A stretch of DNA of 64,000 bases from Octopus vulgaris (GCA_951406725.2 OX597824.1:63736001-63800000); one strand, 5' to 3'. Positions 27,143 to 42,073 are shown, counted from the stretch's first letter. Numbers and translations are program-made. The notes: a model not told the origin generated them from the sequence alone.

Positions 27143-27871
27143 CACACCTCGCCTTAAGCCGTTTCGATCTTAGTCGTTCTCGATTATACGTCGGCTTTCA
27201 AAAATAATATATGGACAAATAAATATCAAGTTAAGCCATTTTACCCGACTTTACGTCTTTACGCCAGAAATATTGGAATCGTAAAAATCACTAGAAAACC
27301 GTTAAAAGCATATAAAATCATGTTACTGTACAATAAATAAGAATAAAAGCATATAAAACCATATTAAAATACGTACAGTAAATGTTAAAATACACACCAT
27401 AAAGTAGTGTAGCTTAGACAACAAAATCAGGAAATCAGGAAATCACCAAATTGTATGTACGTAGTGGTAAATTTAACATAATTGGGTTTCTTTTACTATT
27501 GCGAAATAATAATTACTGAATTTCTTTTTATGCTTAAAAAAGGCTTTTATTTTATCATGTCTTATTTCAAACCGCACTCATAAATAAAGTGTCCGCGATG
27601 AACAGTAAGCACCACTAAATTACATTCGTAAATTTAGATTACTTTTCTTTACTGTATTAGAAGGTAATATTTATTTGTCTGTAAGCTTAAAGTAGGTTCT
27701 TATTAACCATTTATTATTGAAAATGCATTCGTAAATAAAGTACAAAACTTGGAATGGTTATAATCGGTTTAGCCCAGAGGCAAGTAAATTCGGCTTAGCT
27801 TAGCCTAGAGAGAAGGTAATTCGACTTACGTCCCCTCGTACCAATTAACGACGTATGGTGAGGTGTGCCTG
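27139..27871. mobile_element. pogo/Tigger-like MITE
   Basis: 25-bp TIRs CAGACACACCTCGCCTTAAGCCGTT / AACGACGTATGGTGAGGTGTGCCTG with TA on both sides; no ORF. Confidence 0.85.
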
Positions 27872-27886
27872 TATGCATACATATAT

Positions 27887-27974
<88 letters not shown>

Positions 27975-28044
27975 ATAGAAGTTCTTTCAGCTGTTTCTAT
28001 GTATAATGGTATATATGCAATATTCCAATATCCTATGAGTAAAC

Positions 28045-28153
<109 letters not shown>

Positions 28154-28643
28154 TATGACCAGCTCGTAAAAGTATACATTATCAGATTGCATGCACTAGG
28201 TATTAAGCAATTACATCATGCTCCTTGCTTTTCGACAAACTTCTTCTGGCGGTCCACAAGCTTGCTTACTTCACCAGAATGTATATATGTATATATGTAT
28301 GTATTATGTACGTTTATTCATACTCATGAGTGAGAATGGATTCGTGCGTCTATAGAAAACTCCAACATCAACAACCATAATCCTCATTTAAACAAGTTTC
28401 GTTCCCGTGCGCAGCCCATAAAGATAACTGTACTTGAAATAGTATATTTCAATGCATCCATATTTTTTTTTGCGAGGGTGTGAGGTAAGGCACAGGTATG
28501 AGCCTATAGATGAGCGTAAACCAGGAGTAGGAAAGGTATAGTTGAATTGAGGAAAGGCATGTATACAAACACATAGATATATGTATGTGCATATGTATAT
28601 CTATACATAGGTAACCATATGGATGTATATGTGTATATATATA

Positions 28644-29560
28644 CTGCCTTACATATCCACATACAACCCCAGAAACAAAGAAACCTTCACCATCATCACC
28701 CAGAATTTACCAATACTTCATAAGGACCCCAAATTAAAGGAAATTCTAAACATACATAAAATCATTAAAAGCTACAAACAACCTAAATCACTTAAAAAGA
28801 TTCTCACAAAGGCAAAATTGTTTTCTGAAATTACGGATGCAAAAGTAAAAAAACGTGGTAGACCAAACTGCGCAACATGCCCAAACCTTCTAGAAGGATC
28901 AGAATTCCTCTTCAAAGAGGGACAAAAATTCAAGATCAAATCTAATTTTACTTGTGCTTCTGAAAACATAATTTATGTCATAAGATGCTCGGGCTGCCAC
29001 CAAAACTACGTGGGGTCCACGGGACTATCATTCAGACGTAGATGCACACTGCATCGACAACAGATTGCATTTCCAGAATACAGAATGATACCCTTCAGTG
29101 AGCATATTGAGAAATGCGCAAAGCAACTGCTACCACAATTTTTAATCTTTCCATTTTATCAATGTGCTATTTGAACACCAACACAAATTAGACTAAACAA
29201 GGAAACATTCTTCATTGAAAAATATAAGCCCAAACTTAACCACTCTAACATTCTTATACAGAGAAACTCACCCCATTAAATAAAAGGGACAAGAAATATA
29301 AAGCGATTATCTCCCTTACACCGGAAGAAATCACTTATTACCTCCCCTTACCTGGAACTCTTCTTTACACTTCATAACGAAGACATAACACGATGTTTTG
29401 AGAATTTTGAAAAGTTAACATGAAACCGGTAATTTCTTCAAAAACTATGTCACTGTATGAAAAAATGTTATAACATTCTTCTGACATAATGACTCAAATA
29501 TATTTTTTAACCTTTTAAAACAAGCCTTCTGTAGTTTTTTCACTTTTTACTATTTTCTAT
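28644..29560 (+). pseudogene. Penelope-like element (Neptune-type), 5'-truncated: linker + GIY-YIG endonuclease + 3' UTR
   Basis: GRPNCATC linker, FTCASENIIYVIRCSGCHQNYVGST..R...H; premature TGA at 29172, frame continues RLNKETFFIEKYKPKLN. Confidence 0.9.
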
Positions 29561-29602
29561 ACATGTATATATATATAATATAACATAATATAATATAATG
29601 TA

Positions 29603-29978
29603 ATATAAAATACGTTCTCTCTGTCTGTGCGTGTGACCTCTAGGATCTCGGGCATCCTCCATCCGATTGCGTTCAAATTTGATATGTAGATACCGATGGT
29701 ATCAGGGCGTGTGTAAGTCTTGAAAAATTACAAAGTCGATTCCAGGTGAGAATGCGATCGATAAAGCCGTGAGAACGTGCATTTGTACAATCGTTTTTCT
29801 TGGAATAGAAAAAAAAGTTTATCTATATTTCTTCTTTTGCTGGTGTCTCAAATTTAGGTTAAATCAGTGTTTCTCAAAGGGAGGGAAGCTATAGGACGGT
29901 CGGACAAGTTGTTTTGAGAATTTTTTTTTACATGTTTCGCAACTCAGCACCGTCCATTGGACGGGGGCGTTTCGCTCG
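29603..29978 (+). mobile_element. Non-autonomous Helitron, second family
   Basis: 5' TATAAAA..CTGTCTGT motif, subterminal hairpin CCGTCC-ATT-GGACGG (29950-29964), terminal CTCG|T (CTRR variant). Confidence 0.7.
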
Positions 29979-30013
<35 letters not shown>

Positions 30014-30320
30014 ATATATTACTATATATTGGGGTATATAATGTAAAAATAAGATAAATAATATACATCATAGTACATATAATGTGCATCAATGTTGTTC
30101 ATTAATATGGAAATCTGAACACGTACACATGTAGATACGCAAGGAAGTGCAGGTATGCACAAATATGTATATGCATCGATGTCTCTTTATTTGAAGGTTT
30201 ATTTGCATTTACTTACAAATGCTCACATAGGTTCGGGTGATTTTACGGAGTGTAGATGAGTATGAAAGCACACGCACGTGTGCGTGTATCCATATATGTA
30301 TATTAGTATACACATGTGTG

Positions 30321-30420
<100 letters not shown>

Positions 30421-30638
30421 GAGGAAGATAATGAACAAATTTCATAAGCTGATAACGTTTATGGTTATTTTCTTTTTTTGTTCCAAGTTGATAGCTTTGG
30501 ATTTTTCCTTTATTTCATAAACGAACGCATATTCAGTACACAAAGAAGATACTCTTGGTTTTAACTCTTCAAGACTGAACAAACATACTTTCCAAACATA
30601 GTTTTGTATTACACTTTCCTTTGAAAAATTCATAATAC

Positions 30639-30718
<80 letters not shown>

Positions 30719-31922
30719 GTTGTTATTATTATTATTATTTTGTTTAATTTCTTTTTGAAAATGAATATATTTAATAAATTCACTGCAGAAGAAAATAAAT
30801 TGAAAACCCCACAAAAAAAGGGAAAACACAAAAAGGAAAAGCCAGAAGCACAATTATCAAAACAAAAAAAATGTACCATTTTTCTTAAATTCGTGGCGAC
30901 TATGGAAAAAAAAAGTAATGAATACATAGAACATTTCAAAGAAGCCATATATAAAGAAATCTGTACAAATCCACAGAGCTCATAAATATTTTTTTTCTTG
31001 CTTATACAATACACAAACTGCAATATATTCAGCAAAATTTTAGTAATTTATTTAATACAGATATTTTTGGAAAACTTCTTGCTTTCTATACATTTCTAGT
31101 TAATCTTCATTCTCTCTGAATAATATTTGAATATATTAGGTAAAAAGGACCAAATAAAATAGAACAAAAACGGTGTGTATAAGTTTATTTGCTTTTTTAA
31201 AGTATTATGGTGTGTGCTGTTGTGGGTAAGTATAAAGTTTGTGTGTGTGTGCATTTGTTTGTGTGTATGTGTGTGTATTTGATTGTAAGTATGTGATTAT
31301 GTGCCTGTGTGTACATGTCCGCTTTTTAGCGCACTGCATAAATTATTTCAAAAATGAATTACACAAACCCATAATAATACATATAGAAGCATATGGTGGG
31401 GTGTTATAGAATATGTCTGGGTATATGTGCAAATGTTTCTGTTCGCTTATGCATGAACTTATACCGACAATACACGTTTGTATGTGTGTATTATATATGC
31501 ATGCATATATGCACTTATACGTACTTAACCAACTTGAAAACTTCCTGCCACAAGCAAGTATCACGTATTGCTTTTTGTGGTTTATGTAACAAACACAAGC
31601 GTTCATGGGTAACACCTATCTATAATCCCCATACAGCCAGCATATATGGTGCGCACAGAAACACACATACACACATACATATATGCATACATACATATAT
31701 GTACGTGTGTGTGTGTGTGCGTATGTGTATGCGTGTGTGTGTTTGTGTGTACATGTGTGTGGGGGTGTAAAGACACTGACAGATACACACCTGAACTCAT
31801 TGGAACATGTTAGTGAAGAATGTTATTCAAACTGAAAATTTTCAGAAAATGTTGCTCCGAGTTCCAACAAACCGATCATCAGAAAGAAGTAAATTTTCGA
31901 AAAATAAAGCAGTTTATAAATA

Positions 31923-32130
31923 AGGCGGTGAGCTGGCAGAAACGTTAGCACTCCGGGCGAAGTGCTTAGCTGTATTTCGTCTGCTTTTATGTTCTGAGTT
32001 CAAATTCCGCCGACGTCGACTTTGCCTTTTATCCTTTCAGGGACGATAAATTAAGTACCAGTTGCGTTCTGGGTCGATGTAATTGACTGTCCTCCTCCCC
32101 AAAAATGTTCAGCCTTGTGCCAAGAGTAAA
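31923..32130 (+). mobile_element. SINE family B
   Basis: Near full-length match to 15229-15445. Confidence 0.9.
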
Positions 32131-32589
32131 AACAAAAAGTTTATAAATGGCTATAAGTGGTACACTGATAACTATTTAGTAACTCACCCAGTAAACACTC
32201 AAAGCTGATTGTACAGTAGGTTAAGGCCTTTCAAAATCCCTGGAATCCGTAGGATAAAAACGCTCGACGACAGATAATATAAAGATCGCAAGATTAATTA
32301 CACTATCATAGAGCATGATGGAATTTGAATTCAGGACGCAAAAAGCTGGAAAAAGTACAATAAATCACCTCATCTGACGTTTATTTCAGTTCCATGTCTC
32401 TGCATTAGTATCATATTATTGACCCCGAATTGTTGAAAGGCAAAGTTGAACTTGATGTATTTTAATTCAGTGTGCAATAGTTGGATCAAATGCGACAGAC
32501 ACACCAGGGCTAAAAAATACACCAATTCTTCACCTTAAAGTATAGTTCATTCGCCTTCTAAGAATATAATTCTTTTTAAATTCTAGTTC

Positions 32590-32819
32590 TGTATTTGAAT
32601 CTCGTTGTCATGGTTATACACATGCTGGCGCACCGCTTTAAGGGTTTTCTTTCAAGAAATCGCCCCCACGATTTATTATTTGTAAGCCTAGTACTTATTT
32701 TATCGGTTACTTTTGCCGAACTGCTATGTTACGAGGGCATAAACACACCAGCATTGGTTTCAGCGATGGTGGTGGGACAACCACACGCACACACACACAG
32801 ACACACACATATATATATA

Positions 32820-32858
<39 letters not shown>

Positions 32859-33016
32859 GGCTTCTTTCAGTTTCCGTCTACCAAATCCACTCACAAGGCT
32901 TTGATCGACCCGGGGCTATAGTAGAATGCACCTTCCCAAGATGCTACGCTGTGGGACTGAACCCGGAACCATGTGGTTGAGAAGCACGTTTCTTATTACA
33001 CAGCTACGCCTGCGCC
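32590..33016 (-). mobile_element. SINE family A, diverged
   Basis: Tail, microsatellite and head modules present. Confidence 0.85.
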
Positions 33017-33478
33017 AATTTGAAGCTCCTATCTCATTTATAGCCTTACTGGTAATGCTCTGAGTCCCAACATTATTCCTATATCCATTCTGTTACTCAC
33101 TTTTGTTACATGTGTATTTATCGTTCAGCTGCACGATAAATCCGTTTTTTCTTTTCGTCTACAAATCTGTCCATAAATCTATCTGTCAGTTTGTCTGTGT
33201 CTCTCCGTGTATTTGTTTGTTTCTAACTCGATCTTACCTCTCTATTTTTTCTTCATAGTTTAAAACATGAATTTAATGTTTAGTAGATGATTACGTGAAT
33301 GTAGGAAGTTGACTAATGTGTGCATATATGTGAGTTTATGTGTGAATATAAGTATTTATCTGTAATTGAATGTACGTGTTGTGGTGCAACTGAATGCTAT
33401 CAAAGTTCCCTTGTTGCATCAATATATATGTGTGTATTTGAGCATACCTGTGTATATTTATGTATCCGTTCATATACA

Positions 33479-34275
33479 TACGATGGAGAGCTAAAAAGTT
33501 TGAGTAAAAGAAAACAAGAGAGTATCAGTAAATTAAGAATTTTTTCTACGTATTGCTCTCTCAGATTAACACACTTATTACAGCTATCCTTCAATATTTC
33601 TAAGCCATATAAAAAGAACACGGAAAGTTGGACCTCCAAGCAGGCCTCTGTAGCAGCGATCACTTCTGAATCGGAGTCGAATTTCGATCCCTTGAGATGT
33701 CTCTTGAGGTAAAAAGATGATAGTCAGACGAAATCAGGAGAGTAAGGTGGTTGGTCTACCAATTCGAAGCCAAAGTCGCGAATTTTCCTTAGAGTTTCAT
33801 GTGCTGTGTGTGCTGGTGTATTATCCTGCAAAAAACAGGACACCATGGATCAGCTTTCTACAGCGTTTCTGCACCAAGGTTTCACGAATTTCTCCCAACA
33901 GAGACATGTTGTATTCTGCGTCGATGGTGCGACCCTTTGGAAGATATTTTATGAGGAGTACTCTGTCTTTGTCCCAGAACACTGACGCCAGAATCTTTCC
34001 AGCTAATTTCTAGGTCCGAAAACTCTTGGGACGCTGTGAACCGTAGTGTTCCACTCTATAGATTGCTGATTGATCTGGGGATTATAATGAGGAAGCCACG
34101 TTTCATCTACATTAACTAAACGAGCCATAAAATCAGCTGTTCCCGCTGCAAACTAGTCAAAAATCGCCTTTGATGTCATTTTAATATGCTTCTGATCTGC
34201 GTTCAGGTATTTTGGCACCCATTTTGCGGAAAGCTTTCTCATGTTTGGAATGTTGTGGCGACTGTGGATAATCTT
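33479..34275 (-). pseudogene. Mariner transposase remnant with 3' TIR
   Basis: Minus frames give RKLSAKWVPKYL (WVPxxL), VDETW (34096-34110) and LQDNTPAH (33808-33831); TIR-like TACGATGGAGAGCTAAAAAGTT at 33479. Confidence 0.85.
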
Positions 34276-34299
34276 TTGCGGAAAGTACCCAGAGCCTCC

Positions 34300-35045
34300 A
34301 GAAAAAAAGCCTAGCGCCATTTCATCCTTCTTTACGTTCTGACTTCGAATTCTGCCGAGTTCAACTTTTTCTTTCATCCTTTCGGGATTGATATAATAAG
34401 TACTAGTTGAGTACTGTAACCACGTAATCGACTAGCCTCCTCCCTGAAAACTTCAGGCCTTGTGCCTTCAGTAGAAAGGATTATTATTGTTGTTGTTGTT
34501 GTTTAAGGCGGCGAGTTAGCAAAATCGTTAGCATGCTGGGGAAAATGCTTAGCAGCATTCCGTCTATCCTGAATTCTGAGTTCTGAGTTCAAATACCGCC
34601 GAGGTCGACTTTGCCTTACTTCCTTTCAGGTCGGTAAAATAAGTACCAGTTGAGTAGTGGTGTCGATGTTAACGACTAGCCCCTTCTCCAAACAGGTCTT
34701 GTACCTTCAGTAGAAAGGACTATTATTATTATTATTATTATTGTCGATATAGCAATGAGCTGACAGAATACTTAGCATGTTGGGGGAAATTATTAGCGGC
34801 ATTTCGTCCGAGTTTATATCCCGCGGAGTTCGACCTTGCCTTTCATACTATCGAAATCAATAAAGTAAATATCAGTCAAGTACTGTGGCCGATGAAATCT
34901 ACAATCCCCCTACCCTAAAATTTCAGACCTTTTCTTTATTTTAGACAGTTGTATCATAATTATAATACTTAAAAGCGACGATCTGTAATCGACTTAACTC
35001 CCTAGCCTGAAATTGCTGGCCTTCTGCCAAAATTTGAAACCAGCA
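34300..35045 (+). mobile_element. Head-to-tail cluster of 3-4 SINE B copies
   Basis: Units at ~34313-34480, 34506-34720, 34750-34945 and a remnant at 34970-35045, mostly separated by TTA/TTG runs. Confidence 0.85.
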
Positions 35046-35694
35046 TTAAATAAGTATATACAATACATATATGGCACACTTAATTCTGTAATGTATGACA
35101 AATTAAAACGCAGAGAAAATGTAAATAAATTTTAAAAGGCTGTAATGAAAGTTTCTTTTTATGAAATGTAAAGTTATTTTTCTAATTACAAATTTTAAAA
35201 TGATATCTATAAATAAATTTTTCCCTTTCAAAACACAAATTAATTTATTTCATTTTCAAAAAAAATTAGGTTTATCATTAAAATTCAGTGTTTTACAGAG
35301 AAGCAGCGTAAATTTTTCAAAAATTAAAAAAATTGTTATTAGAAAAATGTTTCTGTTTACAGAAATGAAAACATTTTATGTAAAAGGTAAAAAAATCTAT
35401 TTATAATAGTTTATCTTGTCTCTTAAGGAAATGCTTTATTTTTAATTAAAAAGGTTATTAAGAAAATTTTTATTGCCCCAAGAACTACAATTAATTTTCC
35501 GAATAAAAAAAGATGTTGTAATAACATTTTCATATTTTTCACAAAGGAAAAATTAATAAACATATAAGTGAATAAATCGCAATATCTCTTTCTGTATCCA
35601 TTTTTTGACAGTTTTTCTGTCTCCTAATTTCCTTCTCTTTGTCCATCCTTATGTATAGGATTGTACACGACAAAAAATTGCTGAAAATATATGT

Positions 35695-35747
<53 letters not shown>

Positions 35748-36197
35748 ATGTATAATGAACTATTCTATTGAAAATATCATATTACATTTTATTAAATGCT
35801 TCGAAGCATCAAGGTCAAGCTATTATTTTTGATGGAACACATGCGTTTGTATTTCATTAAATACAAAATGGTATCTATAAACGCACCTACTATTTTAACG
35901 TTTCCTACGCAATTTTTTTAGCAGTCATATATGTAGACGGATCCCATATACCATGAAATACGGTAACTTTAAAATACATTTTTCCCTTTTCTAATTGCGG
36001 CCTAGTCAGATGGAAGTTAATACAACCTTCCAACGTAAAACACCTACACAACTAGTATAGATCTTATTAATCGATTAGCTTTATGTACGAATTTATGTTT
36101 ATTCTCTTCATTTTATTTAGAAATAGGTTGATGAATTTTATTGAATCTACCATAAATTACTAAAACCTTCCACACTCTTACCAGACAGATAGACAGT

Positions 36198-36295
<98 letters not shown>

Positions 36296-36916
36296 TCTGA
36301 GCGTGTGTGTATGTATATATATATATATGTGTGTGTGTGTGTGCGTGTGTGTCAATCTACGATTTGCAATTAAATGACTGAAATCAATATTAATAGAAAT
36401 TTTATAGTTGTCCTGTTTTAAAGCCCGTTGAATATTCACCTTCGAGATATCTTTCAGTTTTACGATTCTATAATTAAATTAAAATCTTATTCAAAATAGA
36501 AATCTTTAAATACCATTTGAACACAACTCAACCATAAATTAATAATACCTTCTCTTCGTGTATCCTGATGTAGAAAAATTAACACACGAAAATTGCCATA
36601 AAATACATTAGAATTAATAGACATAAAAACACCCACAATTTCAAATTCAATTACATATCGTCATAATCCGTAAGAACCCTATCTCCAAACTTATATATGT
36701 CATGCCAAATGCAAACGCACAAATACACCTGGCACTGATTCTATATATAATTACATTTTATATTCTATATACCACTGTAATGAACACAACACATTTTTTT
36801 CCAAAACTACTGGTTCTTTTTTCATTTATTCTTTTGTAGATAATTCGCCCCAGCCATTAGACCAACCTTTTCAACTTTTAATATTCTTTACTTGCATACA
36901 TACGACAAGCATGCAT

Positions 36917-37029
<113 letters not shown>

Positions 37030-37054
37030 TATATGTATATATATCTGTATGTAC

Positions 37055-37104
<50 letters not shown>

Positions 37105-37116
37105 ATATGTATGTAC

Positions 37117-37159
<43 letters not shown>

Positions 37160-37174
37160 TGTATGTATGTATGT

Positions 37175-37325
37175 GACGAATGTAAGTGTATAAACAACAA
37201 GCAGGTGTATTAGTTTGACGCTGGGGAAGGTGAGAAAATTTTTTAAGTTTCGAGCCTACACTCTTCAACAGAAAGGAATACGAGGAAATAAGCAGAGAGA
37301 GAATAAAGAAAATTGTGGAGTTAGC
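37175..37325 (-). mobile_element. Diverged relative of the HHR mini-element
   Basis: Minus: UUU CUGUUGA A GAG-UGUAGG-CUC GAAA C UU AAAA at 37240-37275, followed by CCCAGCGTCAAACTAATAC similar to copies 1-3. Confidence 0.6.
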
Positions 37326-37329
37326 GGTA

Positions 37330-37511
37330 CTTGTTTCAATCATTAGATTGCGGTCGTGCTGATGAATTTTAGTGGAACAAATCGACCCCACTACTTTCTA
37401 CTTCTAAGCCTGGTGCTTATCATATCGTCCGCTTCTGCCGCGGCGTTAAATCACGGGAACTTAAGCATACCACCACCGGCTGTCAAGTGATGGACAAACA
37501 CACACATCCAA

Positions 37512-37562
<51 letters not shown>

Positions 37563-38760
37563 CATAAAATCAACATACCCTTTAACCTAGCAAAAAGAAT
37601 CTGCACCATAGTTTCCGATACATACACTCGTGAATATAGACTCCTTGAACTTAGATCTACACTAACTAAAAGACACTACCCAATCTCATTAGTAAATGAA
37701 GGCATCAAAAGAGCTAAGGGAATAGATATACAAAGATTAAGGAAAACTAGCCGAAATACTAAACAAGACTTAAAAACACTCCCGTACATCTCCACACATA
37801 ACCCCAGATACAACGAAGCTTTCAACATTATCACCCAAAACCTTCCCATCCTCACAGCAGACAAAACAATGAAGGAAATTTTAAGCTCATATAAAATTAT
37901 AAAAAGCAAAAAGCAACCGAAGTCACTGAAAAGAATATTAACCAGCGCTAGACTTTACCCACTGACTACTGAGCCCAAAGTGACAAAATGTGGACGTTCT
38001 AACTGTGGAACATGCCCCCACCTTCTGGAGGGTTCAGAATTCCAATTCAAACATGGAGAAATATTTAAGATCAAATCAAATTTCACCTGCGCCTCAGCAA
38101 ATGTAATCTATGTCATGACATGCATAGGATGTGGTAAACTCTATATTGGACAAACAAGAATTTCGCTCCGTCAAAGAATCACCATTCACAAAGAACAAAT
38201 CCGTCACCCACAATACAGACAGTTAAAGGTGAGTGAACACATAGAAAGATGTGCCAGGAATCTTAATCCCAATTTCCAAATATTTCCCTTTACCAATGCT
38301 CACAGAACACCACAATGCAACAAAGGTTGAATAAAGAGGCATTTTTCATCAACAAATTTCTCCCCCAACTAAGTATGAACACACAACTCAATACAGAACA
38401 CCACTAACTCTTCAATTTAAACCACTAAACCCTATACACTACCTACATCACTCACATCTCTAATTCCAGAACTACTTACCTCCCTTACAAATAATCTTTT
38501 TTCTCGGGAACTATTAGACCTGCCACTGTATATTGACCGGTGTTGTTGAAACGATGAATAGCCTTCTCGTAAACCAATTGGTTCGTTTTGTTCTCTTACT
38601 TTATTATTATTATCATCTTATAATCATCTCATAATAATGACCTTTATGACTCGTATTACTACCTCAGTCAATCTAAATGTATATATTTGTTACTACCTGT
38701 CATAAATAGCCTTTTTCTATCTACAATATGCATTTTCGTTGATTTTTCATATTTTACTCC

Positions 38761-38815
<55 letters not shown>

Positions 38816-38940
38816 TCACAAGCCGGATTTCTTTCGGTTTCCTTCTAACAAATCTGCTCACAAGACTTTGGTTGACCCGAATTTATAGGAGACGACACTT
38901 TCGCAACGTGCCTCGCAGTGGGACTGAATCCGGGAACCGT
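37330..38940 (-). mobile_element. SINE A split by a Penelope insertion
   Basis: Tail 37330-37500 and head 38820-38940, separated by TA tracts and the PLE. Confidence 0.75.
37563..38760 (+). pseudogene. Penelope-like element (Neptune-type), 5'-truncated: RT thumb + GIY-YIG + 3' UTR
   Basis: Frame open from ~37563 (NIPFNLAKRICTIVS..RL.EL...L..R.YP), CGRSNCGTC, NVIYVMTCIGCGKLYIGQT; frameshift near 38290; paralogous to 28644-29560. Confidence 0.92.
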
Positions 38941-39821
38941 GCCACCTTGGGATCATTGAGAAAGGCTGATTTAAGCTAGGAAGATAAGAAGAAAAATATT
39001 ATCATGAAAATTCTCTTAAGCTTTCTGTTACTACGGATAAATCTCCTCGCAATAAACATGACTAACTACCGCAAATTCTTATCTAAAAATTTAATCATCA
39101 TGTTAACGATATATGATACAAACGCTGAAGTAGAAAGTAAGTCTTTAACGAGTTAAATATCAGAAATAAAGTTGATTCTCTAGATTTGCAAAGACACTTA
39201 ATATTTAAACTAGCCTAACTTCGCAAATAACATTTAAACTAAACTCGTCAATCCAACTTAAACGCATATCGGTTTTGATAGTAAAAATATTTTGGATGTT
39301 CTAATGTCGAAAATTATGCTAGATTGGAAAACTACAATTTTGTAATTAATTTTGTTTCAGACTAGACATTAAAAACAAACTAGTTTTCACAAATTATTTT
39401 ATCAGTAATTACAATTTGTGTTATATTAGCGCCTGGATTAATGTTAGCATTGGACCCAACGATACGGTAGGTATTTGTGACATTATAGGATTGTATGCCT
39501 TAAGTTGCTCACCTACTGAATTTCCTTTCTTTCTCGGATGAGAGAATAGCCTTTTCATTTTAAGTAATTGTTATCATGGAAACATGAAATATTCCAAAAT
39601 GAAATCCGTAACACTTACAAAAAAAAATTTGAATTAATACATAACAAATTTATCAGCCTTAATACAGTTAAAATTTATTGCTCTCACCCACATCAGATTT
39701 CACAGTCTGAGAAATCTAACGAGTCGTTATACTACATTACCAGATTTTCCAACCACCCAGAAGATATTCTACGTTGTTTTACTGACAATTTGTCGTTAAT
39801 TTTCTTCACATCACATAACAT

Positions 39822-40728
39822 AGACAGCCGACAAGTGACAAAGGTTCTTTTCTCTGTGTTTACTTGTCCTGTTTGCCATGTTTTCTCGTTGTTTACGTAT
39901 TTCATGCTACTTGCACCGTTGGTCACGTCCTGTACTCATATATGCATGTATATATTTGTGTATATAGATATTACATTATATATTATTTATCATGTAATTG
40001 AACATGAGGCATCCATTTCTAAGTAGGTTTATATTCACCATTTTGATGCAACTCTCTACTCTATACTGTTTCCTTCCTCCATCATTCTCTAATACCCTTT
40101 TCTCCCATCCCTTCTTCACCGCTTTCTCTCTCTCTCTCTCTCTGTCTCTGTCTCCCTCTTTCATTTCTCTCTCTCTCGTTGCTCCCACGTGACCATCTTC
40201 CATCTTTCTTTTCCTCACGTGACAATATTTCCCTGCACTAACGTCTAAATGACTGGACGTATTTCTCTCTCTCTCTCTCTCTCTCTCCCTCTCTCTCGCT
40301 CGCTCGCTCGCTCTTTTTCTACCTTTTTCTTTTCAAAAAATGTCTCACCCAACGTTCACTACTCTCATTTAATTCCGGTCTAGCGACCCTCCATGTTTCT
40401 TTTCGTTCGGTTTCCTCCACTGTTATTTTTTGTTCCCAACTTTGACTCTCCATAAATCCTAAACTTTATTTTAGAATTTATGGGAGTAACTGTCTTTGAA
40501 GACTCATATTGTCGTTTGAATGCTCGAAATGAGGAGTAGATAGACAGCCAACAACTGATGCAGAGGCCTTTTTCTGTGTTAACTTGATCTCTTCTCCATT
40601 TTTTCTTGTTGTTTACGTATGTCACTGGATTTTGCCCTGTAATTACTGTCCACGTCTTGTATCTATCTCTCGCGTGTATGTTATTTGTACTGTTGGTGAC
40701 GTCCTGTACCCATATATGCTTGTGCGTG

Positions 40729-40766
<38 letters not shown>

Positions 40767-40859
40767 AGCGCGTATATATATCTATATATGTATATATATA
40801 TATATATATATATAATGAATGCATATGAATAATATATGATATATATATTTATACATATA

Positions 40860-40906
<47 letters not shown>

Positions 40907-41815
40907 GCATATATATGGGTAAAGGATGTCACAAATGGTGCAAATAACATGAAAAACGTAAACAACGATAAAATGGAAATCAGAATAAGTAAATACAAAG
41001 AAAGGGCCCTTTAACAGTTCTTGGCTGTCTATCTACTCCTCATTTCGAGAATTTCGAAGTAAGTTAATTTCACGTTTTTAATGCAACTCTCTCTTCTATA
41101 CTGTTTTCTTCCTCTATCTTTCTCTAATCCCCTCTTTCACTTTTTTCTCTCTCTCTCACCTCTTTCTATTTTCTCTCTCTCTCTCTCTCTCTCATTGCTC
41201 ACATGTGACCATCGTCCATCTTTCTTTTTCTCACGTGAACATCTTTCTTTTCCTGTATGGATGTTCAAAAGAACGGGCGTGTTTTCCTCTCTCTTTTCAA
41301 AAGCAAAAATGTTTCTCCCAGCGATTGATATTTCCTCTCGTTCTGGTCTACAGACGCTCCATGTTTGTTTTCTTTCGGTTTCCTTGTGTGTCTCCACTGT
41401 CATGTTTTTGTTCTGAACTTTGACCCTTCATAAATACCAAATTTTAATTTAGAATTTTGGAGAGCAAATGTATTTGAATCGATACCCCAAATGAAATGAG
41501 AATAGTGAACGTTGGGAGAGACATTTTTTGAAAAGAGAAAAGATAGAAGAGAGAGAGAAAAAAATACGTCCAGTCGCTTAGACGTCCGAACAGGATAAGA
41601 AAGATGGTCACTTGAGGGACAGAGGGATGATGGTGGTCATGTGTGATCAACGACAGTGAGAGAGAAAGGGAAAGAGGGGTGAAAAAGAGAGACAGAAAAT
41701 GGTGAAGGACGGAGGGGCAGAAAGGGAATTAGAGAGGGACCGAGGAAAATTAAGCAAAGCCGAGAGGAAGAAAACAGTACTACGTAGAGAGTCGCACAAA
41801 GAATAGGTGAAGATA
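39822..41815. repeat. Mosaic of tandem and inverted copies of a ~700 bp repeat
   Basis: Unit 40035-40730; 3' piece repeated + at 39822-39960 and - at 40903-41055; 5' piece repeated + at 41070-41480 and - at 41490-41815. Confidence 0.8.
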
Positions 41816-41846
41816 AACTTACTTGTATACCTACATATGCAGGTAT

Positions 41847-42073
41847 GCGGTGAACTGGCGGAATCGTTAGCACGCCGGGCGAAATGCGTAGCCGTACTTC
41901 GTCTGTCATTATGTTCCGAGTTCAAATTCCGCCGAGGTCGACTTTGCCTTTCATCCTTTCGGGGTCGATAAATTAAATACCAGTTACGCACTGGGGTCGA
42001 TGTAATCGACTTAATCCCTTTGTCTGTCCTTGTTTGTCCCCTCTGTGTTTAGCTCCTTGTGGGTAGTAAAGAA

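Noticed and set aside
29172-29174. In-frame TGA in the PLE endonuclease as possible selenocysteine
   Set aside because: It aligns to Asn, not Cys, in the paralogue near 38305; a simple nonsense mutation is more likely
29925-29950. Minus CUGAGUUGCGAAACAUGUA inside a Helitron
   Set aside because: Lacks G8/A9 and stem II
30740-30985. 81-aa Lys-rich ORF as a host exon
   Set aside because: A-rich low complexity, non-ATG start, no recognisable domain
34300-35045. CRISPR-like or satellite array
   Set aside because: Units are diverged SINE B copies in eukaryotic DNA, with no repeat-spacer structure
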